Shown here one piece after another: positions 30,509 through 44,546 of a DNA stretch of 64,000 nt (positions within the stretch are counted from its first letter, which is position 1; each line of letters opens with the position of its first letter). This DNA is from an uncultured delta proteobacterium (GTDB taxonomy: Bacteria > Myxococcota_A > Polyangia > Polyangiales > Polyangiaceae), in assembly GCA_963841435.1 (NCBI GenBank), contig CAWJCS010000001.1:64001-128000 (forward strand). Direction: 5' to 3'. Under the pieces are notes generated by a model. It worked only from the letters and a program-made list of their open reading frames with translations, had not been told where the DNA came from and searched no databases. The position numbers and the translations under genes are program-made.

Positions 30509-31585
30509 ATGACCACGCCACCCCTCGAGTCGCTGCCGCAAGCGTGGCCGAAGCCGTCCGCCCCGCGGCCCGTCGTGTGCGTCGGCGCCGGCGGCATCGT
30601 CGAGAGCGCGCATCTGCCGGCGTACCAGCGGCTCGGCATTCCGGTGCACGCGCTGTTCGACGTCAACCGTGAGCGCGCCGAGCGTGTCGCTCGCACCTTC
30701 GGCGTACCCGAGGTGAGCGACTCGCTCGCGTCGCTCGCAGCGAAGCCCGGTGTCGTCTTCGACCTCGCCGTGCCGGCGCGCGCCGTACCGGAAGTGCTCG
30801 TCGCGCTGCCGCCGGGCGCCACGGTGCTCATCCAGAAGCCGCTCGGAGAGACGCTGGTGCAGGCGCGGCGCATCGTCGCACTCTGCGAGGAGCGTGGCTT
30901 CGTCGCTGCGGTGAACTTCCAGCTGCGCTTTGCGCCGGCCATGCTCGCGCTCGGAGAGCTCGTGCGCTCGGGAGCACTCGGTCAAATCGTCGACTTCGAG
31001 ATGCGCGTCAACGTGCACACGCCATGGGCGGACTGGCCGTTTCTCGCGGGTATTCCCCGCCACGAGGTGCTCTATCACTCGATTCATTACCTCGACCTCG
31101 CCCGTTCGCTGCTGGGCGAGCCACGCGGGGTCCTGTGCCGGGCGGTGCGTCATCCCGAGCTCGGCGCGTACGCCGACACGCGCAGCGCGACGCTGCTCGA
31201 CTACGGCGACCGGTGCCGGGCGCTCGTGAGCGCGTACCACGGCCATCGCTGGGGCCGGCGCCACCAGGCCTCGGAGCTCAAGCTCGAGGGGACGCGCGGC
31301 GCCGCCGTCGTGAGCCTCGGCGTGAACCTCGACTACCCGAGGGGGGAGCCGGACACGCTCGAGGTCTGCTTCGACGGCGGAGCGTGGTCACCCGTGCCGC
31401 TTCGGGGCTCGTGGTTCGGCGAGGCCTTCGAAGGGCCGATCTCGAACCTCGTGCGGTTCTCGACGGGCGAGGACGGAACGCTCGTCACGCGTGTCGACGA
31501 TGCGCTGCGCACGATGGCGCTCGTCGAGGCCTGCTATCTCTCGAGCGAGCAGGGTGGCGTGGCCGTGCCGCCGGCGCGCGGCTGA
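30509..31585 (+). CDS. Gfo/Idh/MocA family oxidoreductase
   Basis: GAGGI, QKPLG (EKP variant), VNFQLRF, HSIHYLD. Confidence 0.88.
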   Translation: MTTPPLESLPQAWPKPSAPRPVVCVGAGGIVESAHLPAYQRLGIPVHALFDVNRERAERVARTFGVPEVSDSLASLAAKPGVVFDLAVPARAVPEVLVALPPGATVLIQKPLGETLVQARRIVALCEERGFVAAVNFQLRFAPAMLALGELVRSGALGQIVDFEMRVNVHTPWADWPFLAGIPRHEVLYHSIHYLDLARSLLGEPRGVLCRAVRHPELGAYADTRSATLLDYGDRCRALVSAYHGHRWGRRHQASELKLEGTRGAAVVSLGVNLDYPRGEPDTLEVCFDGGAWSPVPLRGSWFGEAFEGPISNLVRFSTGEDGTLVTRVDDALRTMALVEACYLSSEQGGVAVPPARG

Positions 31586-31615
31586 GCCGGAGCGCCGCGC
31601 CCCGAGCCGCGGCCT

Positions 31616-32212
31616 TCAAAGCAGGAGCACGGCCTGCTCACCCGGGCCGTGCACACCCTCGATGAGGATGCCCTCGATGTCGGCCGTCTTGGAAGGCCCG
31701 GTGACCCAGATGACGTTCGGATCGTCGCCGAGCGTCCGCAGCGCATCGAGCACCGTCCCAAGCAGGTCTCGCCGGTCGAGCACGGCGACGTGGATCCACG
31801 GTGCGAGCGCTCCGAGGCGGCGCAACGTCCCTCGGTCGGTGAGCACCACGCTGCCCGTCTCGGCGATGCCGGCGGTCGCGCGCGTGATGCCGAACGCGTA
31901 GTCGTCGACGCGCGCTTCGTCGAACACCGGGTCGAGCACGAGGCTACCGAACGAAGGCGCGAGCGCCGGTACGAGGCTCGGATCGACGTAGCCGCGGCGC
32001 GCCCCCGCTTGATAGAGCCACGCGGCGAGCGCTCTCGCGTCGTGAAACACCCGGCCTCCGACGCGCTCGAGCGCGGCGACGAACGCCCCGAGCGGATCGG
32101 AAAGGTCGGCGACGCTCACGCTCATGTCGTCCGCGTAGTCGGGGTACGGCGTGGGCTCGCGGGACGAAAGCGCCGCTCGCACCCGCGCCAGCACGAGCGC
32201 GCGGTCGCTCAA
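31616..32212 (-). CDS. lutC: Lactate utilization protein C (LUD domain)
   Basis: TTGA overlap with lutB; GIAETGSVV, TGPSKTADIE, GVHGP. Confidence 0.88.
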   Translation of the reverse strand: MSDRALVLARVRAALSSREPTPYPDYADDMSVSVADLSDPLGAFVAALERVGGRVFHDARALAAWLYQAGARRGYVDPSLVPALAPSFGSLVLDPVFDEARVDDYAFGITRATAGIAETGSVVLTDRGTLRRLGALAPWIHVAVLDRRDLLGTVLDALRTLGDDPNVIWVTGPSKTADIEGILIEGVHGPGEQAVLLL

Positions 32213-33597
32213 GACTTGCTCCCGCGCGAGGCGAGCCAGCGGCGGAACGCGCCGCCGCGGTACGTCGGCAGCGTGTGTCCAGCGAGAAAGCCTTGTACCG
32301 CCGCGGGAAGCAGCCCTCTGGGCAGACCCGACAGCGCGCGCCCCGCGAAGAGCGCCGCCTGCCACGCCGTCGCATCGGAGGCGACGGCCGCCCATGCTCC
32401 GAACGTCGGCGCTCCGTGCTTGGCGACGCCCGCGCGGCGGCTCTTGTCGCGCATCCGGAGGAGCAGCTCCTCGAGCGGAATGTCCACGGGACACACCTCG
32501 TGGCACGCCCCGCACAGGCTCGACGCCCGAGGTAGGTCGCCCAGCGTCTCGAGGCCGTTCTTCGCGAGCAGTGGCGAGAGCACGGCGCCGACGGGGCCCG
32601 GATAGACGCTGCGGTAGGCGTGCCCGCTCGCCTGCCGATAGACCGGGCAGACGTTGAGACACGCGCCGCAACGGATGCAGCGCAGAATGGCGTCGCAGTC
32701 GCTTCCGAGCACGAAGCTGCGCCCATTGTCGACGAACACGACGTGCATCTCCTCGGGCCCGTCGGCTTGCTCGGCGGCGCGCGGGCCGCCGACGAGCTCG
32801 GTGTAAACGGTGATGCGCTGGCCGGTGCCCGAGCGAGCGAGCAGATTCAGGAAGAGCGCGAGGTCGCGATCGGTTGGCACGAGCTTCTCGATGCCGACCA
32901 GCGCGATGTGGCAGCGCGTGGCCGCGAGGCAGAAGCGCCCGTTGCCCTCGTTGGTGACGAGCACGAGGCGGCCGCTTTCCGCCGAGACGAAGTTCGCGCC
33001 CGTGACGCAGGCGTCGGCAGCGAGGTACTTCTTGCGCAAAAAGGCCCGGGCGCGGCGCGTGATGACCTCCGGCGTCTCGTCGTAGGCGCCGAGCCCCTGC
33101 GCCTCGAAAAGGCGAGCCACCTCGCGACGGTTGCGATGGATGATCGGTTTGACGATGTGGCTCGGTGTCTCCGCGCCGAGCTGGATCACGAGCTCGCCGA
33201 GATCGGTTTCGACGGCCTCGATCCCGTGCCGCTCGAGAAAGTGCGACAGCTCGACTTCCTCGGTGACCATGCTCTTGGTCTTGACGACGCGCCGGGCTTG
33301 GCGTCGCTCGAGGATGCCGAGGACGATGGCGCGCGCGCTCGCCGCGTCGGCCGCGAAGTGCACCACGGCGCCGTTTTCCTGGAGCCGGGCCTCGGCCTTC
33401 AACAGGTACCCATCGAGGTGATCGAGCGTGTGTTGCTTGATCCGCCCGGCGAGCCGCCGCAGTGCGTCCGGGTCGGCGTAGTCGGCGCTGAGCGCGGCCG
33501 TGCGCGCTTCATGCGAAGCCTTGCTGCCGAGTCGCACCGAGGCACGGCGCTCGTCGCTCTGCGCCCGAGCGAAGCCGTCCACGGGCTCGCGCCTCAC
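32209..33597 (-). CDS. lutB: Lactate utilization Fe-S protein B
   Basis: KSMVTEE, ETDLGE, VTNEGN, CIRCGACLNVCPVY, SSLCGACHEVCP; GTGA overlap with lutA. Confidence 0.92.
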   Translation of the reverse strand: MRREPVDGFARAQSDERRASVRLGSKASHEARTAALSADYADPDALRRLAGRIKQHTLDHLDGYLLKAEARLQENGAVVHFAADAASARAIVLGILERRQARRVVKTKSMVTEEVELSHFLERHGIEAVETDLGELVIQLGAETPSHIVKPIIHRNRREVARLFEAQGLGAYDETPEVITRRARAFLRKKYLAADACVTGANFVSAESGRLVLVTNEGNGRFCLAATRCHIALVGIEKLVPTDRDLALFLNLLARSGTGQRITVYTELVGGPRAAEQADGPEEMHVVFVDNGRSFVLGSDCDAILRCIRCGACLNVCPVYRQASGHAYRSVYPGPVGAVLSPLLAKNGLETLGDLPRASSLCGACHEVCPVDIPLEELLLRMRDKSRRAGVAKHGAPTFGAWAAVASDATAWQAALFAGRALSGLPRGLLPAAVQGFLAGHTLPTYRGGAFRRWLASRGSKS

Positions 33598-34370
33598 GCC
33601 GGTGCCCCCGCGCGCGTGCCCAAACCGAGCGCATCGCGCAGGACCTGGGCGACGTGGAGGGCCCTGAGCGGGCGCCCTCGTTTTCGTGCCAGACCCTCGA
33701 GATGCAGCAGGCAGCCCATGTCCGACGAGACGACCAGGTCGGGCTCGGCGGCCGTGAGGTGCTCGAGCTTGAGCTCGCCCATTGCGCCCGAGACGTGCGG
33801 AAAGCCAGCAGAGAAAGTACCGCCGAAGCCGCAGCATTGCTCGGGCTCGCCGACCTCGACGAGCGTCACGCCCGCGATCGATTCGAGCAGCGTTCGTGCC
33901 GACTCCGCGTACGACGTGCCGCGGGTGTGGCACGAACGATGAAACGCGACCTTGTGGTCGAAGCGACCACCCCAGTGGGTGACGCCAAGCTCGCGAACGA
34001 TGAAGTCGGCGAGCTCGAAGCTTCGCGCTCCGAGCTCTTGGGCCGCGCCGCCGTCCGGCTCGCGCTCGAAGAGCAAGGCGCTGCCGTGCGACAGCATCCG
34101 CGCGCACGAGCCGGACGGCGTGACGACGGGCGCGCCCCCTGCGAACACCCCCAAGGTGTGTCGCGCCACACGGCGGGCGGCGTCCCAGTCTCCCCCGTTG
34201 AACGCCGGCTGGCCGCAACAGGTTTGGTCGTCGGGGACTTCCACGCTGCAACCGAGGTGTTCCAGGACCTCCACGGCCGCGCGCGCAACGTCGTCGAAAA
34301 AAACGTCACCCAGGCACGTGGCCATCAGACACAGCCGCGGGCGCTCGGGCGACACAGAACCGAGTCTCAT
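33594..34370 (-). CDS. lutA: Lactate utilization protein A (CCG domains)
   Basis: QTCCGQPAFN, SGSC, CCGFGGTFS, DMGCLLH. Confidence 0.92.
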   Translation of the reverse strand: MRLGSVSPERPRLCLMATCLGDVFFDDVARAAVEVLEHLGCSVEVPDDQTCCGQPAFNGGDWDAARRVARHTLGVFAGGAPVVTPSGSCARMLSHGSALLFEREPDGGAAQELGARSFELADFIVRELGVTHWGGRFDHKVAFHRSCHTRGTSYAESARTLLESIAGVTLVEVGEPEQCCGFGGTFSAGFPHVSGAMGELKLEHLTAAEPDLVVSSDMGCLLHLEGLARKRGRPLRALHVAQVLRDALGLGTRAGAPA

Positions 34371-34488
34371 GCCTGCTTGGGCGGAAGACTACACCCCCCG
34401 CGGAGCCCCTGGCGGGCGCCACCTCGACAGCCGCGCCGAGCTCCGGCTACCCTCCCGGCCCCCCCCGAACACCCCAGGACCCTTGCCC

Positions 34489-36847
<2,359 letters not shown>

Positions 36848-36873
36848 GACGACTCCGCCAGTTTGGCGCGCGG

Positions 36874-37797
36874 TCAGGGCTTCGCTTCGGCCTTTTGCTT
36901 GGCCTCGATGGCGGTCTCGAGGTCGTCGAACGCCTTCTCGTAGCTCTGCCGCGCGGCAGCGCTTCGCTTCTCCAGCTCGTCGGCGAGCCGCTTGGCCTCG
37001 CTGACCTCCGAGTCGAGGCTCGCAAGCGCGGTGCTCGCGGCGGTTTGGCGCTCTTCGGCTGTCTGCTTTGCGGCCTTCGAAGCGCTCGGGTCGTTGCTCA
37101 CCTTCTTCGACGCCTCGATCTCCTGCTCGAGCGTTCGTTTCACGTCCGACGCGTCCGCGAGCGCCGCGTCGAGGTCGCGCTTCGTGCGTGGCAGGCGCAC
37201 GTGAGCGAGGTAGCTCGCGAGCGCGATCGCGTCGGCCTGCTTCTCGAGCTTGTCGACGTTCTGCTTGCCGATCGCGTCCTTCTGGTCCTCGATGAGACGG
37301 TGAGCGGCATTGTGGTCGCGGAGCCGTTCCTCGAGCTGCGCTTCGACGCCGCGGTCCAGCGCACCGCCGACCGGCCCGTAGAGCTCGACCTCGCACTGCT
37401 TCTGCTTGGTCGCATACTCGGCGGCGCCGCCGACCTTCTGGCGGAGCGCGTCGCGCTCGCCCGCGTAGAAGGTCCTGACCGCCTCGGCCTCGCCCATCGC
37501 CGACGCGAGGTCGCCGCTCTTGCCCGCGCGGTCGGCCGCGTCCACGACGCTCGCGACGGCGCCCCAGGAGGGCTTGTCGAGGGAATCCAAGAGCTTCGGC
37601 ATTTCGGCCGTGAGCGTGCCGAGCTGCCGCTCGTCCTCGGCGTACCGGGCGCGCGTGGCGCCGAGGCCCGCCGGGTAGCGCTCCGCAAACGCAGGCTGGT
37701 CGGCCGCCGACGCGTAGAGCGCGGGCTCTTGGCGCGTGCAGGCGAGCGAAACGGGCAGGACGCCGAGGCAAAGGAGGAGGGCGCGGTCGCTTCTCAT
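36874..37797 (-). CDS. Coiled-coil lipoprotein, hypothetical
   Basis: Lipobox SLAC followed by an all-helical, charged sequence. Confidence 0.75.
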   Translation of the reverse strand: MRSDRALLLCLGVLPVSLACTRQEPALYASAADQPAFAERYPAGLGATRARYAEDERQLGTLTAEMPKLLDSLDKPSWGAVASVVDAADRAGKSGDLASAMGEAEAVRTFYAGERDALRQKVGGAAEYATKQKQCEVELYGPVGGALDRGVEAQLEERLRDHNAAHRLIEDQKDAIGKQNVDKLEKQADAIALASYLAHVRLPRTKRDLDAALADASDVKRTLEQEIEASKKVSNDPSASKAAKQTAEERQTAASTALASLDSEVSEAKRLADELEKRSAAARQSYEKAFDDLETAIEAKQKAEAKP

Positions 37798-37915
37798 CCA
37801 TGGACTCTCCTGGCGGCGGGCCTGCAACGTCAAGGCACGCTGCGACTCGTCGTCATACAAACGTCTTTTTTGGTCATCTACGCGACATAGGACTGACGCG
37901 CCGTAAGCTTGGAGG

Positions 37916-38799
37916 ATGCTCCGGCGTCTGGCGATGGCTGCTGGCGGCGCCGCCCTTATTGGGAGCGGGGCGTGGCGCTGGGTGGTCTCCGAATAAGATC
38001 CGTTCGATTTCGGGCCGGATGGGTTCAGCGTGAGCGAGCTCGGCAAGGGCGGCTTCGGTGCCCTCGAGCCCGTGTATCGCTCCGGCTACATCGCCTGGCG
38101 GGCCCGCGCGGAGGGTGACCGTGGCGTCGTCGTGGCCTACGGTGGCGGACATAACCTCTAATCTTTACTAGCGCCGCGCCCATGTTCGTCGAGCTCCTCA
38201 CCACGCGCGACGGAAGGCACTTCGAGCCGCTCGATCCCGCGCATACCCCACGCGCTCACGGGTGGCGCTACCGAGACCGACTTCACACGCCTCCCCGATG
38301 GCTCGCTGTTCGCCGTGGCCCGTAACGAAAAGGGCGACGAGAGCGGGTGGGGCTCGAAGATCTGCACCGTCGAAGCGAGTCGCCCGTCGGTGTGGCGCTG
38401 CCACACCGACCTCCAAAGTTCGATTCTCCCCTCGTCTTCAGTTTCGGGGGCGAAGCGTACCTCGTCGCTCGGCGCAATCGCACGGAGGACGGCCACTACG
38501 ACGTCGCCGGCGGAGCGCGCGTCTTTCGCACCCTTTGCAACGAGCTTTCCTACATCACGACCGCGAAACGCTGCTCGCTCTTCCACTACGACGTGAAGTC
38601 GGGTGAGCTCGGCTTCGTGCTCGACCTCCCTTCACGCGGCGACACCTGCTTCCCCGCGATGATCGACGGCGCGGACCCGAGCGAGAAGAGCGTTTACGAC
38701 TACAGCTCCGACCTCCAGGGACCGGACCTGGCCTGGGCCGCCGGGCAGCGCCGGCCGACGTTCGTCTATCGGCACGTGCTGCGTTTCTCGAGGCGCTGA
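37916..38799 (+). pseudogene. Disrupted gene for a propeller/sialidase-like hypothetical protein
   Basis: One apparent protein read across an in-frame TAA (37994) and at least three frameshifts (~38160, ~38245, ~38410): GYIAWR, GGATETDF, DGSLFAVARNE, KFDSP, LPSRGDTCFP, YDYSS. Confidence 0.6.
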
Positions 38800-38987
38800 G
38801 CGTCGCGGGCGCCGCGCGCGGGCGCCAGGGTGGGGAAACCTGCGATTTTGCGGACGATTACGCCGGGCTCGGCCGTCCCGCGCCCGGTGTCCCCGCCCCG
38901 GCTTCTGGGAGGTTTGGTGGAGACCGGGTGAAGAAAGGTCCCGCGCCTTGCGGGTGACTCCCCGGATCGTTAGCTTCGCCGGGCCGC

Positions 38988-40142
<1,155 letters not shown>

Positions 40143-40167
40143 GCGCCCGCGGCCGCGCGAAGTGCCA

Positions 40168-41061
40168 TCAACGCCGCGCGCGAGAGCGCGAGAGCCCGAG
40201 CACGACGAGTGGCTCGTCGGACGCAGCGAAGCTCACGTGGTCGCCGAGGCGCACGGGGACCTGGCGGTAGGCGCCGTCGAAGAAGACGCTGGCGTTGTCC
40301 ATCTTGCTCTCGACGAGCACTTCCTCGCCGTAGCGCAGGATGCGCTGGACGAGCCGATACGGCTTGTGCGACGGCGTGTACGGCTCGCGCACGACGAGCT
40401 GCAGCGCCCGTGACCCGAGCGGCAGCACGCGGCCCCTCGCCGAACGCTGCGCCGCCGTGGAGCCGGCGGCGGGTCCGATCAGGAGCCCGCTCGAGCGTTG
40501 CTCCTCGCGCACCTTGCCGATTTGAAGAATGTAGCGCGACGTTGCCGCGGGCGAAGCGTGGCAATAAAGCGCCTCGTTGAGCACGTGCTTCGTGCGCAGG
40601 CGGCCGTTGATGGAGACGCGCATGCGTGTGAGCTCGACGCTCGGAAGCCGCCCGTCGAGAGCGCGCGCGAGCATGCCCGGAAAGGTCGTTCGCCGGGCGG
40701 CGCAGAAGAAGCCCACGCTGTGCCGCGGCGAGCTGTTCACGCCGAGCACGGGTGTTTCGACGACGCTGTGCGACGCCGCGAGCAGCGTGCCGTCGCCGCC
40801 GACCGCGACCACGAGGTCGGCGCTCGACGCGTCGAACATCGCTTGCGCGCGCTCGACGATCAGCACTTGGGCGTTCGCGCGTTCGAGCGCGACTCGAACG
40901 GCGCTGACGGTGCGCACGTGCTCCCGATGCGCCTCGAGCCAGCTGGCGACGACGGGATCGCGGCGCCGGATCAGCTGTTTGGCACGCGGATCGCGCTCGT
41001 CCTCGACGAAGCGCCGGTAGGCCGTGCGCTTGACCACGAGCACGACGCGAGGGTGGCTCAC
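40168..41061 (-). CDS. nadK: NAD(+)/NADH kinase
   Basis: GGDGT, GVN, VLNE, SSG...AAGSTA. Confidence 0.88.
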   Translation of the reverse strand: MSHPRVVLVVKRTAYRRFVEDERDPRAKQLIRRRDPVVASWLEAHREHVRTVSAVRVALERANAQVLIVERAQAMFDASSADLVVAVGGDGTLLAASHSVVETPVLGVNSSPRHSVGFFCAARRTTFPGMLARALDGRLPSVELTRMRVSINGRLRTKHVLNEALYCHASPAATSRYILQIGKVREEQRSSGLLIGPAAGSTAAQRSARGRVLPLGSRALQLVVREPYTPSHKPYRLVQRILRYGEEVLVESKMDNASVFFDGAYRQVPVRLGDHVSFAASDEPLVVLGLSRSRARR

Positions 41062-41729
41062 CCGCCGGCTCCGTAGCGTTCGAGCAGGCGCCGCAGACCG
41101 AGCTCGGTTTTGCCGTCGTTGAGCGTGCCGTCCGCGCAGAGCTCGAGCGCGCGGACGAGCGGCAGTGACACGACGGCGCCGAAGAGCTCGAGCGGCGAGC
41201 CGTCGAGCTCCGGCTCCGCGCGCGACGGCGGATCGACCTCGATCTCGAAGAAGTACTGGCGCTCCGCGATCAGCCCCGGGACGGGGAACGTTCCCGGGCC
41301 GAGCTCGGTGACCTCGGAGAGATCGACGGTGAAGCCGAGCTCCTCCTTGAGCTCACGCTGAGCACACCGCAAGACGCCCTCGCGCGACTGCTCGCCGGGC
41401 TCGACGAGCCCCGCGGGCAGCTCCCAGAACCAGCCGTGCTCCGGGTCTGCTTCGGGCGTGGGCGAACGCGCTCGGTCTCGCTCGGCCGTGGCCGGCCGCA
41501 CGGCGCTACGCAAAAATACTTGGCGAACGCCCTCGCTGTCGACAAAATGGGCGGCCAGCACCACGGCGTCGAGGGCACGTCAATCCACGCTATCGTAGAC
41601 GAAGGGTCGGCTGATCGTGCCGTCCGGGTAGTGCGCGCGGTAGCGCTTGCGGAGCAGGCGCAAAAACCCGGGCTCCGCCGCGGGCGTGAGGTCTTCGTCG
41701 AGCTCGAGGACGATGGGAGGGAAGCGCAC
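41058..41729 (-). CDS. NUDIX hydrolase (ADP-ribose pyrophosphatase-like) with an in-frame TGA at 41580-41582
   Basis: GTG 41729 ...PGFLRL...YPDG...YDSVD*RALDAVV; Nudix box ELPAGLVE...AQRELKEELG; GTGA overlap with nadK. Confidence 0.8.
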
Positions 41730-41810
41730 GGCGAGAACTTCGCCCTGTCATTGGTGGCTTGCAGGGAAAGCGCAGCGAGAGTACATCGGCTCGACTCGCG
41801 AGGTCACGCC

Positions 41811-42734
41811 ATGTCGTGCGCCCGACCCGTTCTCAATCGTCTCGTCGTCGCCTTCTTGCTCTCGAGCGTGAGCCCGAGCGCGCTTTCGGCGCCTGCGAAG
41901 CCCGCGGCGGCTGCCAAGGCGCCGAAGCTCGACGTCACGGGCTTGAAAAAGGCCCTCGAGACCGGTGACGAGCCCGCCGTGCTCGCCGCGCTCGAGACGC
42001 TCGAGGCGGCCGGCTCGGCGCAGGCGCCGGTCGCGGCTCCGCTCGTCGCCCAGCTGCTCGCGCGCGGCGGGAGCGCTCGCGTGCTCGAACGGGCGCTCGA
42101 GGTGAGTGCGACGCTCGCGCAGCAAAGCGCGACCCATGCCGTGCTCCCCTACGTCCGGCATCGCTCCGCCGCGCTGCGTGGTGCCGCCGCCAAGGCGCTC
42201 GGCGCGACCGGCGGGCCCGAGGCAGTCGCCGCGCTCAGAACCGCGCTGCACGACAAGGAACCACGCGTGCGCAGCCTGGCCGCCGAAAGCATCGGGGCGC
42301 TCCGCGCGGCCGCCGCCGTGCCCGATCTATTCCTGATTCTGTCGAAGCCCGCCGCCACGTGCGACTGCGCGCAAGGTGACGACGAGTGCAAATCCCTCTG
42401 CGCCATGACGGCCGGTTCCAACCCGGAAGCGGCGGCGGCGATCGGCCTGCTTTGCACGCCCGCCGACTGTCAGAAGCTCGTCGATCTCACGGGTAAGCTG
42501 CCGTTCGAGATCATCGAGCGCGGCATCGAGCCGATGTTGCTCCGGCCGGATACCGAGCTCTCCGAAGGCTTCAAGCTCGACACCATCGATCGCATCCGGC
42601 GCCTGCAAACCAAGGGGGCGCGAGTCTTTCTCGAAACCGTGCGCGCGCGCTTCCCCGAGCAGGGCAACGCGCACGTTCGGCTCGGCCTGGATGCCGCCAT
42701 CGCAGGAAAACCCGTGCCCAAGCCCAAGCCATGA
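41811..42734 (+). CDS. Exported HEAT-repeat protein
   Basis: Signal peptide; repeats LRGAAAKALG and VRSLAAESIG; short Cys-rich insert. Confidence 0.8.
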   Translation: MSCARPVLNRLVVAFLLSSVSPSALSAPAKPAAAAKAPKLDVTGLKKALETGDEPAVLAALETLEAAGSAQAPVAAPLVAQLLARGGSARVLERALEVSATLAQQSATHAVLPYVRHRSAALRGAAAKALGATGGPEAVAALRTALHDKEPRVRSLAAESIGALRAAAAVPDLFLILSKPAATCDCAQGDDECKSLCAMTAGSNPEAAAAIGLLCTPADCQKLVDLTGKLPFEIIERGIEPMLLRPDTELSEGFKLDTIDRIRRLQTKGARVFLETVRARFPEQGNAHVRLGLDAAIAGKPVPKPKP

Positions 42735-44545
42735 AGGCGCTCCTTCTCTCTTTTGCCGCGGGTGTGCTCGCCGCCGCCTGCGCTTCCTCGGGGCCGGGCA
42801 AGAGCCTGTTCTCGCCGACGCTTCCCCGGGAGTCCGGGCTCGGCATCCTCGGCGTCGAGGAGAAACTGAGGAGCGCCCCGCGGCCGCCGGGCGTACCGGT
42901 CGCCGTGGGCGTCACGGACCGAGGGCTCGTCGGTGCCGCGTTGCCGAGCGGGCGCCCCTGGAGCGTTGCGCGACCCGTCGAGAGCTTGCCCGCCGTCACG
43001 GCGCCGGGCGTGGTCGTCGCGACCGGCGGGGGGCGCGTGTTCGGTGTTGACGGTGCGAACGGGCGTCTGCTGTTCGACGTGTCCGCCGACGACTACGAGC
43101 TCGGCGGAGCGGCCGACGACGGGCATTTCACCGTCGTAACACTCGCGAAGAAGGGCCGGAGCCAGGGCCGACTCGTCGTCGTCGAACGGGGTGATCACGT
43201 CGTGCTCGACGTTGACACCGACATGCCGCTCGGTCGCCCCGGCATCATCGCGGGCGTCGCGTTCGTCCCGTGGCGCGGGCAGTACGTGTCCGCGATCGAC
43301 GTGAAGAGCGGCGAAGAAATCGCCAGAGCGCTGGTCCGCGACCTCGTGAGTCACGCTATCGACTTCGACGGCGCGCTCTACTTCGGCGAAAGGGCGCTCG
43401 TACGCTTCGATCAGAAGATCCGCTACGCCGAATCCTTCCAGGCGACACGCTTCACGTTCACTCCGCGTCAGCTGCCGGGCAAGCCGGTCTGGCTCGGCAG
43501 TGGCGTCGAGCCTTCACGCATCGACCGCACGGCGCTCGCCAAGATCCGCCTGTTTGCCGCGCCCGATCCCGAGACGGGAAAGCCTGCCGGCGGAGCGTAT
43601 GCCGCCACCTACTTTCGCGTCATCTACGGATTTTCCGTCCCGGACAACGCGCTCGCGTTCACGGACGCGCTGCCCGCGGACGCGCTCGGCGGCGCGGCGG
43701 CCGCGTCCGGATTCGCTTTCTGCGACGCGAGTGGTCGCGTTCATTTCGATGATCCAGAGGGTCGTGCCGGCGCACCGCTATCCCTCGGGGCGCCGCTCGT
43801 CGCCTGTAGCGTGGGCGCGAGCGCCCTCAGGGTGTCGGCGAGCCGCGAGCGGGGCACCCTAACGGAGCAAATCGAGCACACGATCAGCTCCGTCGATGCC
43901 ACGATGGCCGCGGCCGAGGGGCTCTTGATCGGCGAGCTCGGCAAGATTTCCGACCCCGCCGTGACGCAGGGCCTCATCGCCTTCGCGGAGAGCAGTTGAC
44001 TGCCGCCGGAGCAGCGTGCGATGGCGAAGAAGCTCCTCGCCGACCGGCGTTCCGGCGAGGACGCGATGCTCGCGGCGCTCGCGCGCCACTATGATTTCAT
44101 CTCCGACGAGCAGCCGCCGCCCGTCGGTCCGCTCGCCGACGCACTAGCTTCGATGGGTGAAACACGCGCGGCGCCCCTGCTCGCTCGGCACCTCAACGAC
44201 CCCGCGACGTCGCTCGACGATCTCGAACGGGCGGCGCGCGCTCTCGAGACGCTCGCCACGCCGGCGGAGCTCCCCGCGCTCGAGACCTTCTTCGCGCTCT
44301 ATCGCGCCACGGCCGACGAGCCGCCGCTCGTGAGCGCGGTGGTGTCCGTCGCGAAAGCCCTGGTGCGCGTCGGCGGCACGAGCGGACGCGCCATCGTCGA
44401 GCGCGCCGTCAACGATCCGATGACCGAGCGCGAGGTGGCGCGTGGCGCCGCGAAGCTCGTCACCGGCGCTTCGGGCGACAAACCGGCGCCGACAGGCGGC
44501 AAGCCCGCGGCGACGAGCGACGACAAGCGCGGCGCCTCGAAGTAG
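42731..44545 (+). CDS. PQQ-like beta-propeller lipoprotein with C-terminal HEAT-like region; in-frame TGA at 43997-43999
   Basis: ATGA overlap, lipobox AAAC, VDGANGRLLF and AIDVKSGEEI blades. ORF 44021-44545 is in the same frame (ESS*LPPEQRAMAKK). Confidence 0.75.
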
Positions 44546-44546
44546 G

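Noticed and set aside
41580-43999. TGA recoding (selenocysteine or an alternative genetic code)
   Set aside because: TGA is the normal stop for many genes here (dinG, eno, moxR). The contexts suggest Arg rather than Cys or Trp, and I saw no SECIS-like evidence.
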